A stretch of DNA of 63,725 nt, filler included, from Collodictyon triciliatum (Eukaryota): NCBI GenBank assembly GCA_043381765.1. It is 8 parts of 8 records of this genome, joined end to end, with 100 filler letters (N's around TTAATTAATTAA, not from the genome) between each part and the next. Parts side by side here need not be neighbours in the genome. Positions count along the whole stretch, not along the records: positions 1 to 8,678 come from JBHJMP010003327.1; positions 8,779 to 17,451 come from JBHJMP010003328.1; positions 17,552 to 26,220 come from JBHJMP010003329.1; 5 more parts are not named here. One strand, written 5' to 3'. How positions within the stretch are numbered: the stretch's first letter is position 1; each line of letters begins with the position of its first letter. A model generated the notes under the pieces. It searched no databases and had not been told where the DNA came from. It was given only the letters and a program-made list of their open reading frames with translations. Position numbers and translations under genes: made by a program. Below, piece by piece: positions 1 to 17,642 of the stretch.

Positions 1-5
1 CACTT

Positions 6-96
<91 letters not shown>

Positions 97-157
97 CACT
101 ATTACTATCACTATTACTATCACTATTACTATCACTATTACTATCACTATCACTATC
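1..157. repeat. Microsatellite (CACTTT)n grading into (CACTATTACTAT)n
   Basis: Directly visible at the contig start, inside an intron. Confidence 0.95.
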
Positions 158-336
158 GTTACTTTATCTCTTTGTTGTTTTGATAATACTATCAAATGCT
201 TTATATTTTCTCGTCTAAATATTAATATTTACTTGAATGATAAAGGAAAAAAAATATTTACTTGAATGATAATTCACTCCATGAACATCACATCCAACCA
301 TCAATCAATTTTTTTTTATGCCATTCAATTGATAAG

Positions 337-3300
337 GCACCATGGATAAGTGATGAAGTTCGACTCTATATCAACGGAAATCTTGTCGATAAGGGACCTT
401 GCAAATACGTTACATTTAATGAGGTTTTATGGTGTTTGCAATTCTGACTTCTTTTTTTTTTTTCTTAATCCATTCGAACATGTTGCATAATTTCGTCCAT
501 ATTTTCCATCGACTAGATCATAAGAATTGAACTAGAAGAAACACTACCTTCATTTCAACTCGTTCTTTATTTTATTTTATTTTTGTACTTTCAAACATGA
601 TACCACGAAACGAACTGCAGCCCTTGAACAACTGCTCTATCGGAAACCGCTCCTTTTCTCATCCCGAACCAAAGGGCACAAACGCTGAGTCCACAAATTA
701 TTCATTGAACGGGAAGATGGGTTCCATATATATCTTCAAAGAAATTATCCCAGTGTCTCTGATTAAAGTGATATTCGACCTTGGCCCCCAGTATATGGGG
801 TCATTTCTTCCTGGAGAGTAAGTTTCGATCTTTTGGTCATTAATGGCCTTTTTTTGAAATGTATTTTCATTTTGCGGTATTCTATCACTTGTTAATATAT
901 TCGAATGCCCGGCAGATTCGAGTTATCTCCCAAATTGTCAAAAACGCTCACAGAAACACCACTCTCAAACAAGCTTTTCTTGCATTACGTCAGCAAAGTA
1001 ATTCATTAAGATATATCTTAATTAATGAGAACCGTCAATAAAAGCATACGTAATATCATCAATTATTTTTTTTTCCTCGTAGGAATTTCTAGTGTACTTT
1101 TTCAGCTCTTACTTCCTCATCACTTATATCAGTAACTTTCTTAATATTTCGTTCATGAAAGGCTACGGACGGGCGAATGTATTACGATTTGGCAACACCT
1201 GTAGCCTCGGACCCGCTCTGTGGCTCTCGTCATGCCGTTTGTCATGGTATGAACTCAGCGATGGACCGTCCGTTTTCGGATATGATAAGCTGTCTTGGAG
1301 GAGTGCAGGTTATTGCATATATAATAAGCCTTTTTCCCCCACATATCTATCTCCTATCAAACTAATTACACTAAAGCAATATTAAGGTAGTATAAACGAT
1401 ACTAGACTAATTTCCTTGTGTGTAGGTATTTCTGCCTCTTTTATGGAATATAAACAAACCTCTTGCGCCTTACGAGACCCTCGATTATGATGTCTACGAA
1501 AAGATGGACCATGTGATTGAGGTTTGGGCTGATTAATCGCTTTCTTATTTATCCATTATTGCTATATATATTACTACAGTATGCTTAATTAGAAATAAAA
1601 ATGCATTTTGCTTTTGCCGCCTTCAAGGCTTACTTGTATAGCTGTCAGACGCCTACTCAGTCCCATGCATCATTTAAAAGTTTGCAAACTATTACAGGTT
1701 ATGAGACTGATCTTATTCATGTTGATCGAGAGCAAGATTCATCAGGACGACATGTGTACATCTGGTGGTTTCGCAGCCATCGGGTTCATTCTTCGTTGCC
1801 TTCCTCCGAATCTCATTACCCATCAAACACTTATGTGCCTTAGAGACTTATGGACTAAACTACCCGAAATTGGTATGCGAAGTTACAAATTAAATCACTT
1901 TTCGATTGAGTTGAAAATAGTAACATTCAAATAGACATCGTTTTACATGTGTATTGGTTAATCATAATCTGATTGATTATTCTCTTTTCAAGATTACTCC
2001 AAGGAGCTTTTGAGCAACATAATTTTTAATATGAGATTGTGGGTCTACTGTGATGCCAAAGTACAGCAGGAGTTGATAAGCATGTGGATTGACACATTGT
2101 CAGACTATCCTGTGGTAATTATCACCAATACTTTTATATTATCATAATTTTTATCACTGAGCACCACGATTGCTGTGTGATTTCCAGGAAACAAAATTCG
2201 ATGATGCTAAGTTGTTTATTTTTATGTGTTTCTTTGATTCTGCTCCTTGCTCAGCAATTTCGAAAGTTGATTAATGTTCAGTACCTGCTTGATATTGTCC
2301 GTGTATTTTACTGGTATAACCCCGACCGGTATTCATTCGGACTTGACCCCAGGACAGATCGAGTTACAAAAGTATTAAATATATATTTACAATTCGCTGC
2401 AGTTTTGCCTGAGGCGTCGATTTTGTGTATTTCAAATATAGATGAAATTGTTGCAATTTTTTTTTATTTTCTTCGGTCTACGATATAATGTAACATCACG
2501 AACAGGAGGTAATCGGGAGGCGTCCAAATGATACACACATAGCACAGTTACGTGCGATGATTATTCGAAGAATTGTAACCCTATGTAATGATTCCTTCAA
2601 CCAACTGGACGGACAATCACTTCTGTAAGGCTATTTAAGTACATTCTTTGTGTACGTTAGTAAAATTGCGCCAATAATCCTCGTATATCAAAACTAAATC
2701 TTACACATTTTTCTGGAGATGCTCTATGACAGTGAATGACCCATTCCACCGCTCAGAGATATTAGACGTCTTTTGTCAGATCATGGAAGGACGCCAATCA
2801 GAAGGTCAATTCTCACCATCAAAGGACATACACACATATTTATTATTCATTTCTGCTTTTTTTCTCATAAATTTTTGTTTCTTTAAGATTGGGTCATTAA
2901 ATATTAACGGAAAAATAACATGCAAAAAAATTGAATAATTGGAACCAAAAAAAAATTAGCCATTCCATCAATTTTAAGCAACATTAATGTCCACTTGGTG
3001 CTGTTGTACATCTCTTTCATCTCGGAAATGGAGGTGAGAGAGAATCTCAAAGAAAATCAGAAGTGACTATATATATGCCTAATTCCAAGCGCCTGGAATT
3101 ATAGAAAAATGTTTCTATTTTCTATTGGACCTCAATTATTTCTTATAGAACTGCAATTTATCATATTCCTTATGGACAAGTATTGACACCTAATCCACAC
3201 ATCCTGTTCTCATGAACAACAGATACGACTAAAGACCTTGTCTACGTATGTTTCCATCATGTCCAGGCACCCTGCACCAGCGCCTATCATACAGTCCCAA

Positions 3301-5967
3301 AGTGCTCTTATATTGAAATGTATTGAGTACATCGATTTTGACGATGCTGTATATACGATTCTATTGAGGCTTATTACTTTGAAGAAGAAGAAAAAGTTAG
3401 ATGGAGTAGGCACGAAAATCACAGAGGTGCTATTCCACCTCATTTCATATCATTCATGGGGACTATATCCCCTTTTTTTAAAATAAATAAATAAATAAAT
3501 AGAATTTAATAGGTTTCACATGTAAAGTTACCAATTACGCATTTTTAAACACATTTTTCTTATTGAAGACTTTAGTTGATGATGAATCGCTGATTCAAAG
3601 CTCGCATATGTTCTATGGCTTGATGTGCATGCTCCCCAGAATGAATGTGGTGATGCGTGGCAAAGTGTTGCAGGACTTTTCGCTCATGCTGCGATTGAGG
3701 TATATATCAATTATACTTTGTGGAGCGATAAAAAAAAATCTTATTAAGTCTTTTCCATATAGCCCCACAAACAGGCTAGTGTGCATCCGCGACCATTACT
3801 GGCTCAAGCCTTTTTTCAATGAAATGCTTAGAATATTTAATATGGAGGACTCTGCAGGCACAGGTCTTTTGATAAAATCTAGCCAAGATTATGTTATTTT
3901 TTTGCCATCATGATAAATGCATATTTCAATAAATGTAATTGAATTACATATTATGATAATAAGAAATGTTTTATTAATTCATCAAATGCTTATCTCGTGT
4001 ACAAATGATTCAGAGGAAGATCAGGTTGCAAAGAAACTCACAATTCAAATATTGACCCGACTTATCTACGAATCCATGGTGGTTGAAAAAGATGGCTACC
4101 AGTTTCTTGAAGTTATTCTTGTCTATATCGCCATCTCAAACCAAGAAACAAAGGTTCGATAGGAAACTGAAATGAGACAGAATATGAATTGATTTAAATA
4201 TTTCATTTTGTTTCCTTTCTATTGTTAATTTTTTAAAATATAATCTAATTTGCTGGATAAATTAATGCTTTTCTTGCCCTCTTTGAAAGTTTTTTCCCCT
4301 TGTTTTCTCATTTGTCTATCTATACGTCTGTCTGTCAACAAATCAACACAGTCCGAAGGAATAGCCCGCGAGATAATGGGATTGATTCTCTTTGAAGTGA
4401 TTACCATGTTAAAATCGACTGCAACAGAGTCATCGACAATCAAATTGGTATTCTCTTACTTTTCTTTTTATTTCCTTTCTCTCATGCTCAGAAATCCATT
4501 TCAATAACTTATCCTTTTTACTAATTTTTTTGTAACATTACAGACACAGAAAAATTCTGAATTTCAGGTATCAATTTTCGACCATTGCCATGACTCAATA
4601 TTATTAGATTAATTTTTATCAGATATTTGTGTCATGATAAACACACTCCATACACTTTCAGCTGAACATGGGCCATTTCGCCATGATTGTCGAGAATTTC
4701 ATTTACTCTGGGTCTTTTCTTTGTCCTTCAGATGAATTGATAGAGATGCAACATTTGTGTATGCATATTTTAGGCATTAACGCAACCCATTATTTATTCA
4801 TTACCAATTCTAGCAAAAACTTTTCAAAATTTATTCTTAATAATGCCACCCTTTCAACAATTTTCTTTTTCCTTTTGTTTTCCGCTGTTTTTTTTTCCGT
4901 CCAATTTCTCTCTGTTTATATTTTTCAACATCTAGATATGGATTATTCGTCTGCCTCTTTATGGAGTCATCAGATGTCATGCACATTCTGGCAAAGACCA
5001 GAGCATAGTTTGAACAGAGACAAGGACAATAGGTGGACTGAGCGATGGATTGCATCTCATCTCGTCGGTCTTTTGGATGTTTGCTTCTTCGACTGCAAGG
5101 AACCATTTGTAGATTTATTCTAATTTCTCGAAAACGATAAACAACGAAAATAATACCATATTTTAATATTAACTAATTTTTCTTATTCCTTTATCACTTT
5201 TATCATATTTTTTTTATCCATAGTCACAATAGCATTCTAAGCCTTTATGGGTTTGATTTTGTAGATTTTATCTGAAGAGGCCGCCAGGTTCATTCACTTT
5301 TCTGGGCTGCGCTGTTCTCTGCTGATTCTCCAAGAAATCTGCATTCCAACTCCGATTGCATATCCTGATTTAGCACATTACATTGATTGCATTCGCCGTG
5401 TTTCAGAGTTTTTGAAGAAAAAGTCAGACCGTGTGGAAGAAAATGTTTATGCATATATTGTGACATCGCTATTCGTTTCTATTGGGTATGAATGATTATT
5501 TTGTTGTTATAGTAATACCATATATATCAAGAAAAGAAACATCCTTTATATGACGACGGTAAACGGTGTTCCATAAAGAAGTCAGAGTGCACTCAGAGTA
5601 ATACTATCGGTGTCCTCTGAAAGCTTTTTGATGTATCGTGGTGCCTTGTTTGAAATTATTTGACTAATTTAATCAACGGAACGTCTATGCCCCTGTAGCC
5701 GAGCAAAAGAGCAAAACGAATCAAACATTCCACAGTTCGTTGCTCCTTTATTGCAGTTGATGTTCAGGGAGTCTCCTCAGCTCTCAAAATACTTGCACGA
5801 TGAGAATGAATCACCACTTCAAAAAGGTACTTGTCTATTGTCGAGTTGATGTAATCAAAAACACAAATTGTCTATGTGCAGATGAAGATATGTGAGTACA
5901 ATTTCCCCTGTATTTTGAACTTTTGTATTTCAACACCAAACGATATTGATTTCTTTGTAGATAACGA
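337..5967 (+). CDS. Neurobeachin/NBEAL/LRBA-like (BEACH family) protein, N-terminal ConA-like and alpha-solenoid region; multi-exon, partial at both ends
   Basis: GT-AG exons join in frame: APWISDEVRLYINGNLVDKG (from 337), ...SLNGKMGSIYIFKE...IFDLGPQYMGSF, LSNKLFLHYVSK|ATDGRMYYDL, DMISCLGGVQ|VFLPLL, MCTSGGFAAIGFIL, LLDIVRVFYW. These match neurobeachin-family motifs. The gene runs into the N-gap at 5968. Confidence 0.8.
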
Positions 5968-6623
5968 NNNNNNNNNNNNNNNNNNNNNNNNNNNNNNNNN
6001 NNNNNNNNNNNNNNNNNNNNNNNNNNNNNNNNNNNNNNNNNNNNNNNNNNNNNNNNNNNNNNNNNNNNNNNNNNNNNNNNNNNNNNNNNNNNNNNNNNNN
6101 NNNNNNNNNNNNNNNNNNNNNNNNNNNNNNNNNNNNNNNNNNNNNNNNNNNNNNNNNNNNNNNNNNNNNNNNNNNNNNNNNNNNNNNNNNNNNNNNNNNN
6201 NNNNNNNNNNNNNNNNNNNNNNNNNNNNNNNNNNNNNNNNNNNNNNNNNNNNNNNNNNNNNNNNNNNNNNNNNNNNNNNNNNNNNNNNNNNNNNNNNNNN
6301 NNNNNNNNNNNNNNNNNNNNNNNNNNNNNNNNNNNNNNNNNNNNNNNNNNNNNNNNNNNNNNNNNNNNNNNNNNNNNNNNNNNNNNNNNNNNNNNNNNNN
6401 NNNNNNNNNNNNNNNNNNNNNNNNNNNNNNNATGTCACAGCGCGCACTGCGTATCTAATGCATATTAGAGAGTACGTAATTGAAAAAGAAAGAAATAGAA
6501 ATAGAAATAGAAAAAAACGCCGTAGCATATTTGGTAGATGTTGGTGCTATTTTTTTATTTCATTTTTTCCATAGACGTGTTCTCTTGTCCCATCGAATAT
6601 GAGCCATTTGTCAATGGCTATGC

Positions 6624-8540
6624 TTATTGGTTGATTCTCGCATTCAAAAAATCAACGAATGCACCCTCAAAGGCAGCCGGTACTGTTTCGAGTTGGTTGT
6701 GCACGAGTAAATAAATGCATGATATGAGTGAATTAAACGGATTAATATTTCTAAGTTTTCACCAAAGCGATGGGCTTAAATGTAAAAACAAGGTTAGCGG
6801 CTGTATGGGCATTGCGTAAGAAAATGAATGAGATAAAATGCTAACAAGAATGAGCCACTGTGGATTCAGTAGTCAGTTTGATCTCGACACCAGCATTCTC
6901 TTTAAGGAACTTATAGTCCTCTTGGGCAGTCGATTGGAGAATCTAATATTCGTTGAGTTTGTTGGAAAAATCCATCTGTATTTTATGCTATATATTTTGC
7001 TAGCTACAAATATCATCATATCGGTTGTTTGTTTGTTTGTTTTTTTTTTAAAAATAAATAAATTGAAAGGTATCTCTTCAAGGGAGTTATCGCATACCAC
7101 TTCGTCTTTACCGCCATGGAATGAGATAATCGGAGTATTTTTATTGTATGGGGTCTATGGAAGCAGAAATGAATGATTATTACAATCATTATTATCATAT
7201 TTTTGTAGAAAATCATTCATCTTTATAATCATTTCAAATTAGCCTAGGCATTGAATTAACATTCTTTAATAGAGAATACATGGATGACTTGTCCATTCCT
7301 GAGGTCGTGGATTTTAATTACTAACTTATTATTTCTTTTCTATGGTTGTGGGGTTCACACGACAAACCTGCTCACGCTTTGGAAGCACCTGAAGTAGTTT
7401 TTCCTTCTGAGGCACATAGCCACTGACAGCGATGATACCCCCAATCTCATCCTTGTATGTCAGTCTACATAAATGTGGCATGATGTAAATTGGCTGAATA
7501 ATTCAAAAATAACATGAACATCATAAAATTATGTTCAAGCTAAAAAGCTAGCGTAATTTCATGAATATGATGGCGACCTCAATCATAACTATCACAATAA
7601 TCACAACAATCATGATCGTACCCCGCTCGAATAGACATAACAGCTCCTTGTGAGAAGCCTCCGATGAACACCTTCGCAGGGGTGACCAGAGCGGCTTCGC
7701 TTTGAGATCGACTCATGTTGAATAAAGTATAGCTAGCTTATTGTGATGTAAGGCTATGTGATAAAAAACAGACCGGTCAACAATATTGTGTAGCAAGCGT
7801 GTGCTTTCGTCGATACCAAGATCTCTTTCCTCTCCCTGGTTGATTTGGCGCCCCATTCCTTCCATATCATACCTTTAATGTTAAATTTTATATGTAAAAC
7901 TAGCGTTTTTGTCCATATGTTCGATTTCATTGGGTGGATATATTTTAAGCAAGTACCATCCTCGCATGACATATCCATCATTCAAAGTGATTGGGCGAAA
8001 TGGCGCATTTGGAAATATAGCTTTCACGCCCTACAACACAACAGATAAATCAGCTCATGTTCGTGATGGGTAAAGTGTAGCATTTTCTTTAGAAATAATA
8101 TTGAACACCCAGACGGCCAAAGTAGCGAATGGAGCATGTATTGAGAAAAAAAAAAGGCCATGGCAACAGAGTGTTGGATTGGTGAATACTTTAGGAACGA
8201 TATGCGGGATGTAGTATCGGAAGCCGTCAGCAGAGTCTCCCAATCCATGACACCTGTCAAAATATAAAGTAAATAAACTCAAAAGGGGGAGTCATATGAC
8301 GTTGAACTTATCATAATGTTTGAGTATTCGGCACAAAAAGTATTCAGATTGAAAAAAAATATGAAAAACTGTGTAATAGGCGGTGGCGTGTTTACCAGAT
8401 CAGGGTGGCTTTGTGCTGCCCTACAGCTGGAACGACAACTTCTTGTAGAGGTTCAGATTCCATCTCTTTGTGTTTGTGGAACGGCCGCCTGTGTTTTATT
8501 GAAGCGGTGTGGGCGATCCCTGAAAGTGTGACAAGTATAC
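6624..8540 (-). CDS. Acyl-protein thioesterase / phospholipase-carboxylesterase (APT1/LYPLA-like alpha/beta hydrolase), multi-exon
   Basis: Spliced translation: HKATLIW|CHGLGDSADG, KAIFPNAPFRPITLNDGYVMRGW|YD, VFIGGFSQGA (catalytic Ser), GIIAVSGY, PIISFHGGKDEV (Asp), VAHS (His), DFLNARINQ*, with the stop at 6624-6626. Possible ATG at 8463. Confidence 0.9.
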
Positions 8541-8566
8541 CTGGTTGTGAGCAAGAAAAGAATATC

Positions 8567-8678
8567 AAACAAACAAACAAACAAACAAACAAACAAACAA
8601 ACAAACAAACAAACAAACAAACAAACAAACAAACAAACAAACAAACAAACAAACAAACAAACAAACAAACAAACAAAC
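8567..8678. repeat. Microsatellite (AAAC)n
   Basis: Directly visible at a contig end. Confidence 0.95.
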
Positions 8679-8778
8679 NNNNNNNNNNNNNNNNNNNNNN
8701 NNNNNNNNNNNNNNNNNNNNNNTTAATTAATTAANNNNNNNNNNNNNNNNNNNNNNNNNNNNNNNNNNNNNNNNNNNN
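8679..8778. other. Artificial contig linker N44-TTAATTAATTAA-N44; identical copies at 17452-17551, 26221-26320, 34988-35087, 43751-43850, 52505-52604 and 59641-59740
   Basis: Seven identical 100-nt spacers with a palindromic core that gives stop codons in all six frames. Confidence 0.97.
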
Positions 8779-9049
8779 AAAATATAAAAAAAAAAAAAAC
8801 TTATTGTATGGATAGTCAAATATTTTAAAATTATTTATGAAGTTTTTTTTTTTTTTTTTTTGGACACGATACTTTCATGCCGTTACATAACACAGTGAAA
8901 GTATCATAAATTCACTTTTTTTTCTATTTAAAGCCCCATACCAGTGCAAGTTGTTCGTACCCTACCCCTTGAATTATAACGCAAGATCAATAAAAGAAAA
9001 ATCCATTACGTGTGCATATACACCGTGAGTATAACTCCCGTCCTTGCAG

Positions 9050-9481
9050 GGGATGAGATTTATGCCCTATGGAAGGAATATGAGGAAGGCGAAACCAAAG
9101 AGGCAAAACTCGTTAAAGACTTTGATAAATTTGAGATGATACTTCAGGCTGATGAATACGAGCAAAGTATAATAATCAATCACATATCTTATCGAAAATA
9201 CTAATTGCCCAAGAAAGTGGTTCTCTTCATGCATTTTACTCTATCGATATATATATATATCAAACATACTCCCAGCGTTTCCTGCTGCAATGGTTGTTTT
9301 ATTTTTTTTTTTAAAAAAAGTCCAATAATTTAACATATAATCAATAGGTCAGTCGTTGGACTTGGGTGATTTCTTCAAATCTACGAATGGGGTCTTCAAA
9401 CACGAAATGGTGCAAAGTTGGGACTGTGAGCTCAGGGGGCAGCGGCAGGCAACTACCGATACGAAGTCGCTGAAAGAATAA
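9050..9481 (+). CDS. HDDC2: HD-domain 5'-deoxynucleotidase HDDC2-like, last two exons (5' part off contig)
   Basis: [62 protein letters not shown]...KE* matches the HDDC2/YGK1 C-terminus. Confidence 0.85.
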
Positions 9482-9947
9482 ACTGCAAACCCAAATGCAA
9501 GCGAAGAGAAGAGATGTGGGAATGTGTCGTGCGATATCTCCCACAGCATATCCAACCCCTGCTACCCATGCAACCAATCAACCAGTTGGGTTGCCCACCT
9601 GACCAACTCGCTATCACTGATTTCTTTCTAGTGCTATCTTTTTCGCAGTAGTATCTTCTACTCGCGTTTGCTCCCTCCCATGCGCTTCCATCCCGCCTTT
9701 GTATGGCATAACCTCACTGCACTTTGAATCGAATAAAGGAAAAAAAAACTTTCTAGATTTAACTCCACGTTAATAGTTCTCGGTGGCATTGCTTTTACAT
9801 AAGCTCCTTGGAAGCAAGCCACGCCATATCCAATTTATTTTATTTTTTTTTCAAAAAAAGAAGGCGCGTTTTTTTCTTCTTCAATTCCTTTAGTAAATGC
9901 AACAAGATGGAGAGGTTTATATGGATTTTCACTTTTCATTGACTGCT

Positions 9948-13886
<3,939 letters not shown>

Positions 13887-14626
13887 CTGGTGGGATGAAT
13901 ACTTTGATTTTACTTTGGTTGAGTTGGTTAAGTTAGGATAGATTAGGTTAGGATTGGGGTTGATTTTGTTTTGTTTTGTTTTTTTTTTTGTTTTTTTTTT
14001 GTTTTGGCGTCAATTGCTCAATTTCATTTTATTTTATGACTTGTAGAGAAATGCATTACTCGCGCTGCATTAAACAGATTGACAAGACTTGCGAATGATT
14101 GGCACTTTGATTCCGTGATGATAAAGCTGTGCATGAGAGTTCCAGCACTTTTGGCTTAAAAGAACAGTTGGCTGTGTTCATAATATGTGTTTACATGTGA
14201 TTATCTGCAGTCATGCATATGAAACTGGGTATCTTTGTCTTTGTCTGTCTGTTTGACATCAAAACAGCGTCTTGGCAGTTGGGACTGTGAAATCGGTGAT
14301 TGGACTAATTTGAGGTACGGCGGATAATTGGATTTATATCAAGGTAATACTTTGGCGGATGCAAAGAATTATCATGAAATGGAATTGATTTCTTCGAGAG
14401 TCAATAAAATGGTTGTCGTGAATGAGTTGTGTATTGGGAATTGTAGAAAACTGAGCAATTGCAATGAGGCAAATAAGGCGTTTAATATTGTCCATTAGGC
14501 ATCAAAAGATTGAAGAAGGGGCATAAAAGGAAAAGGAGAGCATAGATTCAGATAATGTGTGTAAATGAGAGATGAGCGTTTTTTTCTCTTTTTTTTTTCC
14601 TCTCTTATTTTTCTTGAAGTGATAGA

Positions 14627-17319
14627 CTAGCGAGTGTGCAGTATAATTCCGTCAAATGTATCCTCAATATCTCGGCTCATACTTTTTTCCACAAAGTCTA
14701 GGGAGCGCTGCTTGATGAAATCATATAAATCAGGATTCTCTGCCATTATCATTTCGAAGTCAGAGCCGACGATTTCATGTGACTGCAGACGCAGCATCTA
14801 CGTACCAAAGTTCATCCGATATAAAAAAATTGTGATATGATAGGGAAGTAAAAAAGTCAAAGTCAAAGTCAAAGTCAAAGTCAAAGTCAAAGTCAAAGTC
14901 AAAGTCAAAGTCAAAGTCAGAGGCAAAGTTCAAGTTAAAGAAATCATACAGAAAATACGCTTTGACAAATGCTCCTGATAACCCAAAGACGTAGAGGCAT
15001 GATAACAGGAAAGTATCCTTGCAAGTCGACAGAGACGTATAGGGTCAAGTGTGTTTGTGTATTCGATATTGGTGACAACAGGACACTATGATATATAAGC
15101 GATTTATGGTTATATCATGCTTTATAATATGATTAAACTAATGCTGGCAAATAATTTATCAAATAAGACCACCCACGAAGCGTTCAGTTTTATTCTATGA
15201 TAATCCGGCCGCGTGGGAGGAAGTTCGATTCCCTCGAATGAGTCGATAGACTGCAGTAAAATAAGTATATGTCCTTGCTCTAGAATATCCATGCTTTTGA
15301 CAATACCTATTCAAAAGAATGATGCTAACTTAATAGGAAAATATAATCGTAATATAAGTTCTCAAGTCTTGTGGCCATAGAGTCAATTATTCGTTTCATC
15401 AACTTTAAAATAGAACTGACATCATACTAATTATTTAATTGTAGGTGTCTGACCAACCTATTATTTCTCTGTTCTGCATCGGAAAAGGAAGATTGGCTGT
15501 CGCATGCACCAATTTACTCATTCGAGTTAAATTGGCGATAACTTTGATATTCTGTTTAAGAAAAACACAATAATTAATGTGGTTGTTTTGATTTAGAGTA
15601 TCATAATTTTTTTCCCTTTGTTCGATTTAGAATCATCATCGGATTTAAAAAAGTGAGTCTTCGCGAAAGATTGCTTGTTTTCAATTAAAAATGTTCACAG
15701 AAAAATAATAAAAGAGGTTTTACATGCTGAATTTGTGAACTCATTCTTGGCAACCATGAATGCATCTGCTCAACCTCGCTGTTTTGGGAAGTAGTGAAAG
15801 GAAATGATTTAAAAATGGGTTCAATAAAACTCAATCAAAAAAAAAAAACTGAACAAATCATGTGCCAAACAGAATAGATTATTACTTTAGAATTGAGAAA
15901 CAATCTGCTAGTGGAGAATCTAGACACCCTGTAAGAATTTAAGCATTACACAGTTATTGTTAGAATTATTGAATAAATTTCAATTATGGGCACAATGTTA
16001 ACTACAGAGTTATATACCTTCACACAGAAATGTTGCAAAGCGAGCATTCTGATCATTTCGAGTCCATATTTGCATTTGATTGGATAAAGATAACGGACGC
16101 CAATCTAGGTGATACAAGTCATTCAGTTGATAGAAAATTATTTGCATCACCATTATCATCAAGAAACTCACCACTTCGGGTTTGTAGTTCTTTAATCCAC
16201 CCCTCTGCTTCGAAGTTATCTCTCTGTATGATTTGAACAAATGGGTTGTCCTCCAACTGTTGAGATATTTTGGCCAATTCATTGTCTCTTTTCCAGTACT
16301 CGTCTATAGTTGATTTGTTAGTACTTGATTGCTTGAACTTTTCTTAAAAGGTGATTATCAAAGGTCGAAATAAATTGTATGCTTTCTTTGAACAAGAAAG
16401 AGAATTGAAAATACCTTCAGTAATGTGTTCTTGTATAAATAAACGATGTTGTTCCAAAGACCTGAGAATAGCCTGAATCACACCAGATGCCTGTGGATAA
16501 ATATATCTGAATTTAAAATTTATACAGAAAAGAAAAAAAGGCCTAGGGCCGAAAAAAAAAAACTGCTCATAATCGGACAAAAACACCCACCTCACTGACT
16601 CTATCCTCCAAGTGTAAGTCTACAGCCATGATAAGCAAATCTTTCCAGCTTGTCATAAATTCACGAAGTTCCCTGAAAATTAATATTAATACCTAGTCAT
16701 TGACTCTTTTTCTTCTATTTTCCCCTCTATCACATATTGCAAGTATGCTTCGACACAGAGAGCCTTTTATTTTTGTGTTTCAATTTCTTAGCCAAAAAAA
16801 AAAGCTTTACAAAATGAGATTGTCTGAAGGAAGCCCTTGTGATTTTACTCTTGGAAGCAAATTTTTTTCCCGAGTAGATGACTCTTCCGATGTTAGGTTT
16901 TTACGCGATAGTGTGCGAACGATAACTTCTCCATCTGTGGCATTCTCAAACTCAATATCATTCCTCATTACCCTTCGAGAATCACTTCTTGGTTTACTTC
17001 CTATTATAGGCGATGTCCTAGGAGCATATTGGTTCATTAAAAAAAAAAAAGCTGCGACATTACATAATCATTCTCTCATGATTGTAAAACTGGGTTTGTG
17101 CTGTGCTTAAATGAGAAAGAAAAAAAAGCTTTATATTAACAAAATTAGAGGACAATTTACCCCAGTGATGTGGATATTTGAAGTGCCGATAGCGATGCGG
17201 AGTCCCTTTGGCCTATTGTGTTTGCGGCCTCTCGAATAAGGAATACTTGTTTTAGATTCACAAGTATCTTGGCCTGATATTCTGCAATCAGATCGACGAT
17301 TCTGTTGGGAACCCACCCT
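14627..17319 (-). CDS. START (StAR-related lipid transfer) domain protein, apparently tandem START; multi-exon, 5' partial
   Basis: The first visible exon GWVPNRIVDLIAEYQAKILVNLKQVF resembles a START C-terminal helix. Later exons WRPL...FLCEGCLDSPLADCFSILNEVEQMHSWLP, NLPFPMQNREI and HLTLYVSVDLQG form a second START-like domain. Stop TAG at 14627-14629. Confidence 0.65.
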
Positions 17320-17551
17320 CTAGAGACAAAGTAAAAATATTTCGATTGATTCCTTTTCTTTTCTTTTCTTTTCTTTTCTTTTCTTTTCTTTTCTTTTCTT
17401 TTCTTTTCTTTTCTTTTCTTTTCTTTTCTTTCTTTCTTTCTTTTTTTTTTTNNNNNNNNNNNNNNNNNNNNNNNNNNNNNNNNNNNNNNNNNNNNTTAAT
17501 TAATTAANNNNNNNNNNNNNNNNNNNNNNNNNNNNNNNNNNNNNNNNNNNN

Positions 17552-17628
<77 letters not shown>

Positions 17629-17642
17629 ACACAGCGCTTCCT

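Noticed and set aside
224-271. 20-bp direct repeat AATATTTACTTGAATGATAA
   Set aside because: Only two copies in an AT-rich intron; a local duplication, not CRISPR or a mobile element.
5872-6574. ORFs spanning N runs (also 21062-21770)
   Set aside because: They are open only because of Ns.
6574-7430. Apparent plus-strand exons continuing the neurobeachin-like gene after the gap
   Set aside because: The region is explained by minus-strand thioesterase exons carrying the catalytic Asp and His motifs.
8723-8734. Recurrent palindrome TTAATTAATTAA at about 8.77-kb periodicity, suggestive of a regular element or recombination site
   Set aside because: It is always centred in exactly 44+44 Ns. It is a synthetic six-frame stop linker, and the periodicity reflects size sorting.
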